The position numbers and the translations under genes are program-made. The notes below the pieces were generated by a model. The model worked only from the letters and a program-made list of their open reading frames with translations, was not told the DNA's origin and searched no databases. This document shows positions 54,930-64,000 of a DNA stretch of 64,000 nucleotides, piece by piece. Each line of letters starts with the position of its first letter. Position 1 is the stretch's first letter. The stretch covers positions 2,621,422 through 2,685,421 of the forward strand of contig OZ253471.1 in assembly GCA_965261715.1 (NCBI GenBank), in the 5' to 3' direction. Source of the DNA: Dehalococcoidia bacterium. Lineage in GTDB: Bacteria; Chloroflexota; Dehalococcoidia; Bin125.

Positions 54930-56922
54930 ATTCGATCATCCCTCCTACGACATCGCCCCGTTGGACCAGGAATCGCTCCAAATCTCCCAGCGACCGAAAG
55001 GTTCGCCGAAGATCGTCCTCGGCCGCAAAGGCCACCGATTCTTCCGCCAGGAATCGCTGTTCCACGTGACGCAGCGCCGCGCTGTAGACCCAGCGCTGGT
55101 CGATCAACGAATAGCCGTGCCGAGTCGTCGCCTCAGCGGAGATCGTCTTCACCCGTTCCCGGATGCTCTCAGCCAGGTCATCGCGCGACAACTCGCCCAC
55201 CTTTAGCTCAGTGACGCCGTCCGGTCCGCTCAGGTGCTTCGTCCAGCCTCCGGCGCTCAATTCCTGGCCAGTAACCTCGGAAATCGTCTGGTCCGTGATC
55301 TCGACGAATTCGGAACTGTATTCCAGATCCCCGAGTACATTGCGCCACTCCCGGCTTGGCTCATCCGATGCTGGAACCACGACGGGTTCGAAATCGCCCG
55401 TGTCGTCGGTCGGCTCGGGAATCTGAATGATCAAATCCGTGCTGACGACCTCTTGTCGCGGCTTGGGTTCGGGCAACTCCTTCAGAGCATCGAATTCCTG
55501 TTCGACCCCAACGTTCTTCTCAATCTTGGCCTGCAACAGATCCCACAGCCAGTCGTGCTCGAGCTTAGGATGATCAACCACTGCGCAGATCTGTGGTTCT
55601 TCGTCGGTGATGTCTGGTCGGCGCACCCGCCGAAGGCCGCGCCCGATGATCTGCGGGCCGTAGACACGGCTGCCCATCTTGCGTAGTGGCAGGATCACCG
55701 CGACTTCTGGCACGTCCCAGCCTTCGCGGAGCATGGCCACCGACACGACCGCGTCGTACTTGTTCTGCCTGGCGATCTCCGCCGCCTCTTTGCGAGCCGA
55801 GTCTTCTTCATCCTCGGTCACCAGCAGGGTGCGCAGGTTGAATTGACCCTTGAGCATCGCCTGCGCTTTCTTCGCATCGGCTTTGCAGACCGCGACAACG
55901 AACAAGATCGGTCGATAGCGTCCGTTTGCGTGCAACTTTGCTTCCTTGAGCCGGTTGCAAGCGATCTCAATCTGCTGCGACATCGGCTTGGTGTCGGTGA
56001 CCCACTGCGTCGATGTCAGTCCCTTCCGGTCGACTTCGTCCCAGTCGATCTCCTCGACACGGCGCTGCTCGCCGCTGTTGGCGTCGGTGTAGGTCAACTC
56101 AACGACATCGATGCTGGGCTGGTAGACGACGGGTGTCGCAATCACGTGATCGTTCAGCGCTGCAGGAATGTCGTACTCGAAGATCATCTTGCTGTCGATC
56201 TGCTGTTCGTCGGCGCGGTCCGGCGTTGCGGTCGTATCGAGCCGGTACTTCATCGCGCCGTGTTCGGCCAGCGTTTCCAGTGTGCGATCGTATTCGGCCG
56301 CCGGAGTGTTGTGGGCCTCGTCGTTGAAGATCGCAAACGGGGTCTGATTCATCGCGAGGAACGCGGCCAGGTTGCGCTTGCCGGTCTTGCTGTTCTGGTA
56401 GAACTGGTGAATGTTGGCGAGGACCACATTCGAGCCAAACAGATCGCTGGCTGTGCTCTTTGAATCGCCACCTAATGTCGTCAGGGCGAAGTCGCCCGCC
56501 GAGACGACGACGTCGGGCGGAATCAGTTCGCGGTCGACAAAAACCTTGCCCTGCTGAAAATCGTCCTCAAGCCGATCGCGGACGATCAAGTTGGGACAGA
56601 GGATCAGGAAGCGCTGGACATCGTGGGCCAGCCGCAGCCAGACCATCGTCGCCGCGATCAACGCTGTCTTGCCGCCGCCCGTGACGATGTTGACCAACAA
56701 CCCGTCGGACCAGAACGACCGCTTCAGCACCTCGCGCGTGTAGACGACCCGAAGCAACGCGTCCCACTGATGCGGCCACAGCCCACCCGGCCTTGGGCGC
56801 CGCTCGTCCTCCGGGTCGGCGAGGAAGCGCAGGTACTCAACCGTCTCCGGTTCGGCGAGGGGGTAGCCGGACTCGACCCACTCGCGAAACTTATCCTCAT
56901 GCGGCAGGAACTCGTTGAGCAC
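54916..56922 (-). CDS. SF2 helicase of the ResIII (Type III restriction Res-subunit) family, lacking its own endonuclease domain
   Basis: motifs I TGGGKT, Ia LILCPN, II FNDEAHN (DEAH), III TATP, V LREGWDVP, VI QIIGRGLRR; no PD-(D/E)xK in the C-terminal 240 aa. Confidence 0.75.
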   Translation of the reverse strand: MLNEFLPHEDKFREWVESGYPLAEPETVEYLRFLADPEDERRPRPGGLWPHQWDALLRVVYTREVLKRSFWSDGLLVNIVTGGGKTALIAATMVWLRLAHDVQRFLILCPNLIVRDRLEDDFQQGKVFVDRELIPPDVVVSAGDFALTTLGGDSKSTASDLFGSNVVLANIHQFYQNSKTGKRNLAAFLAMNQTPFAIFNDEAHNTPAAEYDRTLETLAEHGAMKYRLDTTATPDRADEQQIDSKMIFEYDIPAALNDHVIATPVVYQPSIDVVELTYTDANSGEQRRVEEIDWDEVDRKGLTSTQWVTDTKPMSQQIEIACNRLKEAKLHANGRYRPILFVVAVCKADAKKAQAMLKGQFNLRTLLVTEDEEDSARKEAAEIARQNKYDAVVSVAMLREGWDVPEVAVILPLRKMGSRVYGPQIIGRGLRRVRRPDITDEEPQICAVVDHPKLEHDWLWDLLQAKIEKNVGVEQEFDALKELPEPKPRQEVVSTDLIIQIPEPTDDTGDFEPVVVPASDEPSREWRNVLGDLEYSSEFVEITDQTISEVTGQELSAGGWTKHLSGPDGVTELKVGELSRDDLAESIRERVKTISAEATTRHGYSLIDQRWVYSAALRHVEQRFLAEESVAFAAEDDLRRTFRSLGDLERFLVQRGDVVGGMIEYADD

Positions 56923-56927
56923 AGCGC

Positions 56928-58757
56928 CTACTCCACCTTGACGACGATGGAGTCCATACCCTCGCCGCCCTTGTCGTCCTGGACCTTACAAGCGACGGTG
57001 AACGTCCCCCTGTGCGGGAAGGTGTGCTGTGCCTCCAACGTTGGACCAGCGTTCTTGCCCTTCTTCTTGCCAAACCAGGTGTCGGGCTCTGCGTGGAAGA
57101 CACCGTCGCGATGGTTGAAGTCCCACTGCACATTGATCAGCTTGGCGCCGGCATTGAAGACCTGAGAACCGCCTGCGCTGAAGTTGTAGGTGGCGCCACG
57201 CACCCGCTGGTGTGCAATCTCGACGAGCGGCGGCTGGACGAAGGTGAGGAACTCCGAGTAGTCGCCCCTCTCAGTGGACTGGCCGCTGATATGACTCCGG
57301 AATTCGGGCGAGTCCAGCGCCACCTGGTTGAGCCGCACCAGGCCGATCTCAAGTCCGTCCCGGTTGCGCAACAGCTCGGCTGCCTCCCGTGCGTCTTGGC
57401 GGAATCCCCAGGCGAGCATCGTGCCGTCGCGAAGGCCCTCATCTCCCTTGTACCGGTCCAGCCTGGCGATTGCCTGGGCAAACGCGTTCACATCCTGCGC
57501 CGTTGCTCGCTCCCGGCGCTTCGGCGATCCAACCCAGACCGGGATTCGCGCGCCCGACCCCTTGTACCCGTGAATGCCAGGGTCTTCAGAGCGAATTCGC
57601 GCGTCGTAGCAATGCAACACGAATTGGCGAAAGTCATCGGCGGGCATTTGCGAGAGCTTGTCCGCTTCGTAGACGCCCCAGTGTTCGATCGTGAAATCAG
57701 ATAGGGGTTGGTCGCCGAACTCGCGCGTCGTGGCATCGTTCTTCAGGCGCTCGGCAGTTACGGCCACAGCGACACGCGATTGATCAATTGAGATCCAACT
57801 GCGTCCGAATCTCTGAGCCACAACCCCTGTCCCGCCTCCGCCGGAGAATGCGTCAAGTACCACGTCACCGGGATTGCTGGACGCAGTAACGATGCGTTGT
57901 AAGAGGGCTTCAGGCTTCTGTGTCGGAAACCCAATGCGCTCCTTAGCGATGGGGGCGATAATGCCGATATCCCAGACATCCGACATCGGCGCACCGGGGG
58001 TCTCCTTGTCAGTCTGGCTAGGCTTGCGCCTTCCAGAAGAGAAATCTGCGACTTGTTGCTTGGTTCCCCAAGTTTCTACCGTTGACTGCGCAAGACCTTC
58101 AAACTGTTGATTGAATCGATCCAATGGTCCAGGCCTTTTGCCATAAAGGAGCACGGCATCATGCATCTTTTGAAAGCGGCGTTGCTTTGAAGGCCACCTC
58201 CGATATCGCCAAACGATCTCGTTCTGGAAGTTCTCGTAACCGAAAATCTTGTCCATTTCTACCTTGATGTAATGGCTCGCATGCCAGTCGCAATGGACGT
58301 AGATAGAACCTGTCGGCTTAAGCAAACGCTTCATCTCGTACAAGCGAGCGTTGAGCCAAACCAGATAGCCGTCCAGACCGCCCTCCCAGATGTCTGAGAA
58401 TGAGCGCTCCTCGTTCTGGTCGCCCCAGATGACGTTGTAGTTGCGGTTCGAGAAGAAGGGCGGGTCAATGTAGATCAGGTCGACCGATTCTGAGGGCAAT
58501 TGTCGCATCACGTGGAGGTTGTCGCCCCAGATCAAGCGGTTGGGTTCGAGGTCGGGCGCGCCGAAGGAGACACGGTCAACGATCTGCGTCGGCAGGTTGA
58601 TCACCGGATAGTGATTGCGGAATCCGGGATTCTTCGGGTCCCAGCCCATGGGTGGCCGCTCTACGGGGATGTTGCCGAAGCGGGCCGGTGCCCGGAAGAG
58701 CTTCTCCTGGTCGGGGAGTTCGACCTGCGCTTCGCTGTCGATGTAGTCAGTTGTCAT
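56928..58757 (-). CDS. beta-class N6-adenine/N4-cytosine DNA methyltransferase (Type III Mod-like) with ~280-aa C-terminal extension
   Basis: NRLIWGDNLHVMRQL...VDLIYIDPPF (motif IV DPPF) precedes motif I FPTQKP...VLDAFSGGGGTG; start at MTTDYID supported by GGAG 9 nt upstream; the table ORF starts 38 codons further upstream. Confidence 0.75.
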   Translation of the reverse strand: MTTDYIDSEAQVELPDQEKLFRAPARFGNIPVERPPMGWDPKNPGFRNHYPVINLPTQIVDRVSFGAPDLEPNRLIWGDNLHVMRQLPSESVDLIYIDPPFFSNRNYNVIWGDQNEERSFSDIWEGGLDGYLVWLNARLYEMKRLLKPTGSIYVHCDWHASHYIKVEMDKIFGYENFQNEIVWRYRRWPSKQRRFQKMHDAVLLYGKRPGPLDRFNQQFEGLAQSTVETWGTKQQVADFSSGRRKPSQTDKETPGAPMSDVWDIGIIAPIAKERIGFPTQKPEALLQRIVTASSNPGDVVLDAFSGGGGTGVVAQRFGRSWISIDQSRVAVAVTAERLKNDATTREFGDQPLSDFTIEHWGVYEADKLSQMPADDFRQFVLHCYDARIRSEDPGIHGYKGSGARIPVWVGSPKRRERATAQDVNAFAQAIARLDRYKGDEGLRDGTMLAWGFRQDAREAAELLRNRDGLEIGLVRLNQVALDSPEFRSHISGQSTERGDYSEFLTFVQPPLVEIAHQRVRGATYNFSAGGSQVFNAGAKLINVQWDFNHRDGVFHAEPDTWFGKKKGKNAGPTLEAQHTFPHRGTFTVACKVQDDKGGEGMDSIVVKVE

Positions 58758-59186
58758 CGGTGGAATCTCCAGTAGTGCAGTCGGATGATACCGATTTGTA
58801 TGGCTTACAGAATAGGTGCGGTTATCTTGAGCGAACAGCGCGCAGCCCTCGCCGACCTCCGCCAGGCCCACCAGTCTCCGCTACGATGAACCCAGAACAA
58901 GTGAGCTATGAGGCTCGGGAGGTCCCGTTTTTTCTCCCAGCGCCCCAGAAAAAAGTTCACCCTGAAACCTGAAAGCCGACACGAAACCCTGCAACACACA
59001 GGGAATCTGCAATCGAAAGGGACGAAACACCCTGAAAAAACCTGAAAAACCTGAAGCCCCATCCGCTCAAGCGCCCACGCGGCGGCAGGTCGGTCGGGAA
59101 TGCCGCAGGATTCCGCCGTGTCTGGTCCAGGTCGCCGGGACTACCCTGCACCGGTACGAGCATGTGCCAAGCAGCGAGACTAAATC

Positions 59187-59858
59187 ATGGATCTTTACGA
59201 ACACCGCGTGACGATGGTCGAGCCGGGGCGATTTCGCGAGTATCGCCAGCTCTTTCTTGAGCAGACCTGGCCTCGGTTGATTGAGGCTGGACATCGGCCT
59301 CTGTGTCTACTGAATCCCACCATCGGCGGCACGCCGGAAGAAGTACACAGCTTCGTTGGTTTTGCCACATGGGACGACTGGCGCGCAGGCCAGGAGATCA
59401 TGGTCGGATTGGGCGACGATGCCTATCGCCGTGTTCGGCGCGAGCTGATTGTGAATGAGACAGCCAGACCGAAAATCCCGTACTCAGGGCGACCGTTGGC
59501 GGAGACTCCCGACTCCGATCGCCGGGCCGTCTATGGTCTGCGCCGCTGGACGATTGACCCGGACAACTGGGAGCGATTCTCAGAGCTCACAGAGTTCGGC
59601 GTCTGGCCGGCGATGGACGCGATGGGGCACCGGGTGCTGGGCAACTTCCACGACGCCGTGCTGAGCGATGACATGGAAGTGACCAACCTGGCCGGCTACC
59701 ACAGCGTCGGCAACTGGCACGCGACACGGACGCCGGAGGATCCGGGCTCTGGAGTGTCTGAGGAGATACTCAAGCTGTTCCAGGAAAGCGCTCGTGAGCG
59801 GCACTCCCTGACCCGTCACACCTGGGTGCAATTGATGAATGCTCATTGGCCTGAGTAA
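59187..59858 (+). CDS. NIPSNAP-family (dimeric alpha/beta-barrel) protein, tentative
   Basis: 223-aa ORF with two half-domains of similar pattern; weak call. Confidence 0.4.
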   Translation: MDLYEHRVTMVEPGRFREYRQLFLEQTWPRLIEAGHRPLCLLNPTIGGTPEEVHSFVGFATWDDWRAGQEIMVGLGDDAYRRVRRELIVNETARPKIPYSGRPLAETPDSDRRAVYGLRRWTIDPDNWERFSELTEFGVWPAMDAMGHRVLGNFHDAVLSDDMEVTNLAGYHSVGNWHATRTPEDPGSGVSEEILKLFQESARERHSLTRHTWVQLMNAHWPE

Positions 59859-60308
59859 TCGTCGTGGCCGGAATGTCATTCCGCTCAAGCGGAACTCATG
59901 CAGAACCGATCAGCCGTATGGCAGCGTGTTCTGGCAGAACTTTACAAAGTGACTTGTGGCGATGTATGTGCATCCTGCTGATAGGCTCTTCTCATCCCGG
60001 TCCAGGCGAAAGCCACCGGGACACGCCGGTGCACGAGGCGGCAGTAGGCATGGATTGCGATATATCCTTTCGAACGTCGTGTTCACGTCTCCTGCTGAAA
60101 AAGGCGGCATAGCTCTAGTGGCTCCACGGATTTTTTTGCCGGTGCGCGTTCACGCGCTCACCTTCCTAACAGTCATTGCAGTTCTACCGTTCCTTGTTGC
60201 ACCGGTGTTCAGACGTTATTCCGTTCTCTCAGGTTGCTCGCACGCTCCAAGGCAGGACGCCCGTTAGAAGCATCCTGCCAGTAGTCTCGGCGCGCCAGAA
60301 TCAACTAC

Positions 60309-61124
60309 CTAGCTCGGATCGGCGTTCCAACGGTAGGCTCGGCGGGCGTTTTCGACGAAGAAGTCGTTTGTGACTGTTTCTCGAAGCTGTAGGGCGTCGA
60401 TTTCGTCTCGCGCACGCGGCCAGGAGATTGTTGGATACTCCGTGCCGAACATCATCTTCTGCTTGCCGCGCGTGTTGATGAATTGGACGAAGTTGGGCGC
60501 CCAGTACTTCGGCGCGACCGACGTGCAGGACATGTAGACGTGGTCCCAGTGGGCGATGGTGGAGATTGTCTCTTCGATCCACGGTTGACCGCAGTGGGTC
60601 ATGATCAGGCACAGCTCGGGGAAGTGGTAGGCGACCTCGTCGTAGTGCAGCGGGTTCTGGACCCATCCCGGCCTACGCGGGCCGGGCATACCGGCGTTCA
60701 TTGAGACGGCGATCTCAAGCTCCATCGCCTTGACGTAGAAGGGCCAGTAGACGCGGTCGGTCGGCGGCAGGGTGTAGCGGAAGGGCGGAATGCGCAGGCA
60801 ACGGACTCCGTAGCGCTCGTAGTAATCGACGACCTTACGGATTTCGTCGTAGCCGTTGAGTGGGTTGACGATCATCGCGGGCAGGATCTTGTCGGGAAAC
60901 TGCTTGTGCGCCTCCCCGACCCATGCTGCGTGGTCCGGCTGCATGATTGAGATCACGCAGGCGCCGATGTCCGACTGGTCCAGCACTTCCAACAGTTGCT
61001 CAGGGGTCTCGATTGCGTTTCGTCCCTCAATGCCTTTGAAGAGATAGCTCAGGGCGTTGTCGCCGGAGGGATCGAGGAATGTCGAATTGACGAGGGAGTC
61101 GATGGCGCGGATTCGATCGGTCAC
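60309..61124 (-). CDS. amidohydrolase-2 family protein
   Basis: TIM-barrel metal-dependent hydrolase pattern (…MTHCGQPW…; HxH-like N-terminal region). Confidence 0.65.
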   Translation of the reverse strand: MTDRIRAIDSLVNSTFLDPSGDNALSYLFKGIEGRNAIETPEQLLEVLDQSDIGACVISIMQPDHAAWVGEAHKQFPDKILPAMIVNPLNGYDEIRKVVDYYERYGVRCLRIPPFRYTLPPTDRVYWPFYVKAMELEIAVSMNAGMPGPRRPGWVQNPLHYDEVAYHFPELCLIMTHCGQPWIEETISTIAHWDHVYMSCTSVAPKYWAPNFVQFINTRGKQKMMFGTEYPTISWPRARDEIDALQLRETVTNDFFVENARRAYRWNADPS

Positions 61125-61135
61125 TGGCCGCCCAA

Positions 61136-62125
61136 TCAGATTTGACCGCGCGGCTTCATACCCGCAGCTCGGTACACGTTGTCGATCACTCTCATACTGA
61201 TCACGCCATCCTCGGCGTCGGTCGGCATCGGCTTGTCGCCATTGATCGCGTCGATGAAGGCCTGGAGTTGGTAGTTGAAGGTCGGGGTCTTAGTCACCGT
61301 TTCAATTCGTCTGCCCCAGGTGGTATGCAGTTCGATCCGGTGGATCTCGCGCTGCGGAACGAGCGGGTTGACCACCTTCATCCAACCGGCGTCGCCGTAG
61401 ACGTTGACTTCGCTGGAAAATCCGCCCGCCGCATTCATGCGCGAAGAAATCCTGGCCGGAATGTTACCGGGGAAGAGCAACTCGGCCTCAAGTTCGAGGT
61501 CGATGTGTTCATGCACGGTCGCGGCTTTGGCCGAGAGGACCTGTGGTTCAGCGCCGAATGTGTGGCGCAGAAAGTGGAGCGGATAGCTGCCGAGATCCAT
61601 CGTTGCGCCACCGCCCAGTTCGATTCGGTAGCGAATCTGGCTGGGGACGTCGACAACCGTGTTCTGGAAGTGGGCGTCGGCGAACCGAACCTTGCCCAGC
61701 AATCCGCTCTGCACGATCTCGCGCATCCGCCGCGAGAGCGGATGGTAGTAGTAGTGGAACGCCTCGGCGCAGACGAGACCCGACTGCTGGGCCGCGTCTG
61801 CCATTTCCCGCGCTTCGGCCTCATTCATTGCGAACGGCTTCTCACAGAGAACGTGTTTGCCCGCGTTGAGCGCCTTGATCGTCCACTCGTTGTGTCCGCT
61901 GATCGCGAGCGGGTTGTAGATCGCGTCGACATTGGGATCGGTGACGACTTCGTCGTAGGTGTCGTGGACGGTGGGGATGCCGGCTCGAGCAGCGAACGAC
62001 TCGGCACGCTCCCGATCGCGGGCGGCCATGCAGACGATTTCGACGTCGGGGAATTCCTCGACTGGTTTGATCAGGGCGCGCGGCGTGATCGCCGCAGCTC
62101 CGAGGATGCCGAAGCGGAGGGTCAT
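61136..62125 (-). CDS. Gfo/Idh/MocA-family oxidoreductase
   Basis: N-terminal Rossmann LRFGILGAAAI; EKP motif CEKPFA; 329 aa. Confidence 0.8.
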   Translation of the reverse strand: MTLRFGILGAAAITPRALIKPVEEFPDVEIVCMAARDRERAESFAARAGIPTVHDTYDEVVTDPNVDAIYNPLAISGHNEWTIKALNAGKHVLCEKPFAMNEAEAREMADAAQQSGLVCAEAFHYYYHPLSRRMREIVQSGLLGKVRFADAHFQNTVVDVPSQIRYRIELGGGATMDLGSYPLHFLRHTFGAEPQVLSAKAATVHEHIDLELEAELLFPGNIPARISSRMNAAGGFSSEVNVYGDAGWMKVVNPLVPQREIHRIELHTTWGRRIETVTKTPTFNYQLQAFIDAINGDKPMPTDAEDGVISMRVIDNVYRAAGMKPRGQI

Positions 62126-62146
62126 GGCGAATCCTTCATATTCGCT

Positions 62147-62264
62147 TTAGGAATCCTCTGAACAACTGGTGTCGCAGGCTGAGCAGGGACCCCCCTTCAG
62201 CCTTCGGCAGCTTCCCCCGCAGAGAGGGGGGAAGCGGGGATCGGAATTGTTCAGAGCATTCCTA
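62147..62264. repeat. MITE family A, complete copy
   Basis: taggaatcctctgaacaactggtgtcgcaggctgagc...ccttcagccttcggcagcttcccccgcagagaggggggaagcggggatcggaattgttcagagcattcctag. Confidence 0.75.
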
Positions 62265-62322
62265 GCCCATCCTGCGCCCACCCGCTCCGGCATTGCCGCG
62301 TTCCGTCGCGGCAATCTCGACG

Positions 62323-62358
62323 AACGTGCAGAAAGCGGCGAGATACCCGCGGCAAGCG
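62323..62358. repeat. family D hairpin
   Basis: gcgagatacccgcggcaagcgcgggtatgacg. Confidence 0.55.
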
Positions 62359-62398
62359 CGGGTATGACGAAACTGGAGCAAGAACCACGCTGTCTCAG

Positions 62399-63457
62399 TT
62401 ATGCGTTGAACTGTGGCAGCGGGTAGTCGAGGTCCTTGTTGTAGATCTGGACTCGGCCTCGGCCGCCGTCACCGATGACGATTCGGTCCTGACCGTCGAT
62501 TGCGATGCCTCGCGGGCGGTCGAAGATGCCGAAGTTAATCAGCTCGACGGGGTTGACTCGTTTGAACGCGCGCATGTAGTCGGCATTCACATCCATGACC
62601 TTCTGCGCCGCCTTGGAGAAGCCGTGGGCGTCTCCGTAGAGACCGCAGACGATGTCTCCGTCGGGGTAGTAGACCTGAACGCGGCGGTTGCCCCAATCGG
62701 CGACGTAGACATCGCCCTCGCTGTCGATTGCGACATCGGCGGGATGATTGAGCGCGCCGCCGTCGTCGACTCCCTCGAACTGCGAGCCGAAGCGGACCAG
62801 CGGCTCGCCGTCAGGAGTGAATTTCTGCACGCGATCATTGCCCCAGTCGGCGACGTAGACCGCGCCTGCCGGGTCGATGGTTAGCCCCCAGGGTTGGTCG
62901 AGCTCACCGATCGCGCTGCCTTCGGAACCCCATGCGCCCAGGAACTCGCCGTCCTTGGTGAACTTCTGGACCCGGTGATTGAGGCTGTCGACGACGAACA
63001 CGTTGTCATCGGCGTCGAATGCGATGCCCGCGGGTCGGTTGAACTGTCCGTCGCCGGTCCCGAACTCGCCCCAATCGCCGATTGGTGCGCCCTCGGTGTC
63101 GTAACCGTAGATGCGGTGGTTAAATGCGTCGGCGCACCAGACCGAGCCGTCGCGAGCGAGGGCGAGGCCCTGGGGCCAGACCAGGTCGCCTTGGCCCATC
63201 TCGCCGAGGAATTCATCCTCGATCCGGTACTTGAAAATCTTGGCCGGGTAACCCTCGGCCATGCCGATGTCGGCGATATAGATGGTTCCACCGGCCGTGG
63301 CCGCGATCGGCGACGGATAGGTGAATCCTTGCGGCCCGACGAAATGACCGATCGAATGGCTGAAATGCCACGTGCGTCCGGCGACTGATTTGGTCAACAT
63401 GGCTGAACCTTCCGCTGATTCCTCATTCGTTCGCGTGTCCGACATTCCCGTCTTCAC
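62399..63457 (-). CDS. NHL-repeat beta-propeller protein
   Basis: six repeats of the (F/L)xxPxG(I/V)A(V/I)D...G(N/D)(V/I)Y(V/I)AD type. Confidence 0.7.
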   Translation of the reverse strand: MKTGMSDTRTNEESAEGSAMLTKSVAGRTWHFSHSIGHFVGPQGFTYPSPIAATAGGTIYIADIGMAEGYPAKIFKYRIEDEFLGEMGQGDLVWPQGLALARDGSVWCADAFNHRIYGYDTEGAPIGDWGEFGTGDGQFNRPAGIAFDADDNVFVVDSLNHRVQKFTKDGEFLGAWGSEGSAIGELDQPWGLTIDPAGAVYVADWGNDRVQKFTPDGEPLVRFGSQFEGVDDGGALNHPADVAIDSEGDVYVADWGNRRVQVYYPDGDIVCGLYGDAHGFSKAAQKVMDVNADYMRAFKRVNPVELINFGIFDRPRGIAIDGQDRIVIGDGGRGRVQIYNKDLDYPLPQFNA

Positions 63458-63514
63458 GGGAATGTCGCGTTCGTCGGGGGGCAGTGCTACTGAGTAGCCT
63501 TTCGGGCGCCGGGT

Positions 63515-64000
63515 CTAGGCATTGAACTGCGGGAGCGGGTAGTCGAGGTCCTTGGCGTAGACCTGCACCCGCCCACGACCGCCGTCGCTGATGGCGATCC
63601 GGTCCTGACCGTCAATGGCGATGCCTCGGGGCCGATCGAAGTTGCCCAGGTTAATCAGTTCGACCGGCGTCACCCGGTTGAATGCGCGCCCGTAATCGGC
63701 GTTGACATCCATGACTAGTTGACCCGACTTCGAGAAGACGCGTGCATCACCGTAGAGCGCGCAGATGATGTCGCCGTCGGGGTAGTAGATCTGGATGCGG
63801 TGATTGCCCCAGTCGACGACGTAGACATCGCCTTCACTGTCGACCGCCACGTCCGAAGGACGGCTGAGCGCCCCGCCATCGTCGACGCCCTCGAACTGCG
63901 AACCGAAGCGGACGAGGAACTCTCCGTCGGGGGCGAACTTCTGCACGCGGTCGTTGGCCCAGTCGGCGACGTAGACTCCGCCCTCCTGGTCAATGGTCAG
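63515..64000 (-). CDS. NHL-repeat protein paralog (C-terminal part; runs off the window end)
   Basis: C-terminus near-identical in pattern to the previous gene (…RPRGIAIDGQDRI…QVY…KDLDYPLPQFNA). Confidence 0.6.
   Translation of the reverse strand: MTIDQEGGVYVADWANDRVQKFAPDGEFLVRFGSQFEGVDDGGALSRPSDVAVDSEGDVYVVDWGNHRIQIYYPDGDIICALYGDARVFSKSGQLVMDVNADYGRAFNRVTPVELINLGNFDRPRGIAIDGQDRIAISDGGRGRVQVYAKDLDYPLPQFNA

Noticed and set aside
56928-58871. Full-length 647-aa methyltransferase ORF starting at 58871
   Set aside because: The upstream 38 codons have no ribosome-binding site. An internal ATG at 58757 has GGAG 9 nt upstream and still leaves about 85 aa before the NxLIxGDNL region, so the shorter model is preferred.
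58934-58955. Rho-independent terminator-like hairpin plus T-run on the plus strand upstream of the mod gene
   Set aside because: No plus-strand gene ends here. It is more likely part of the AT-rich regulatory region or a bidirectional element. It is noted within the boundary finding rather than called as a terminator.
60095-60135. tRNA-like sequence ggcggcatagctctagtggctccacgg
   Set aside because: Only a D-arm-like stretch (TAGCTCtAGTGG) is present. No anticodon or T arm can be folded and it runs into a T7 homopolymer. At most it is a degraded tRNA fragment, mentioned under the island-boundary finding.

Overview
High-GC bacterial chromosomal segment (roughly two-thirds G+C by eye, not computed). 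It is densely packed with housekeeping and metabolic genes: five LLM-class luciferase-like (often F420-dependent) oxidoreductases, a PAC2 protein and a CIRCE-controlled standalone groEL together suggest an Actinobacteria- or Chloroflexi-like host, but this is an inference only. Content includes cysDN, pyruvate kinase, GroEL, ribosomal protein S14, thiamine pyrophosphokinase, oligoribonuclease, a Bcp peroxiredoxin, an Fe(3+)-type ABC importer, ZnuA/ZnuB-like metal uptake components and a TupABC-like oxyanion ABC transporter. The window is littered with several families of short GC-rich palindromic MITE/REP-like repeats, here called A to D. Some copies sit inside operons and one lies in-frame inside a peptidase gene. 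There are also two long tandem repeat arrays and one IS5-family insertion sequence. Three loci stand out. (1) A visibly low-GC two-gene cassette at 2096-4854, where a 196-aa unknown protein is translationally coupled to a 728-aa Hsp90/MORC-like GHKL ATPase. It abuts a duplicated 3' fragment of the ketopantoate-reductase gene and is a candidate novel defence/conflict island. (2) A ferredoxin-thioredoxin-reductase catalytic-subunit homolog whose ORF is interrupted by an in-frame TGA exactly at the conserved CHC cysteine, with the frame continuing into the conserved LF motif and a hairpin downstream. This is a candidate selenoprotein. (3) A Type III-like restriction-modification operon at 54579-58757 in which the Res function is split into an SF2 ResIII helicase plus a separate small VRR-NUC-like PD-(D/E)xK nuclease, and the beta-class DPPF methyltransferase carries a long C-terminal extension. 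All coordinates derived by hand rather than taken from the ORF table may be off by a few bases.
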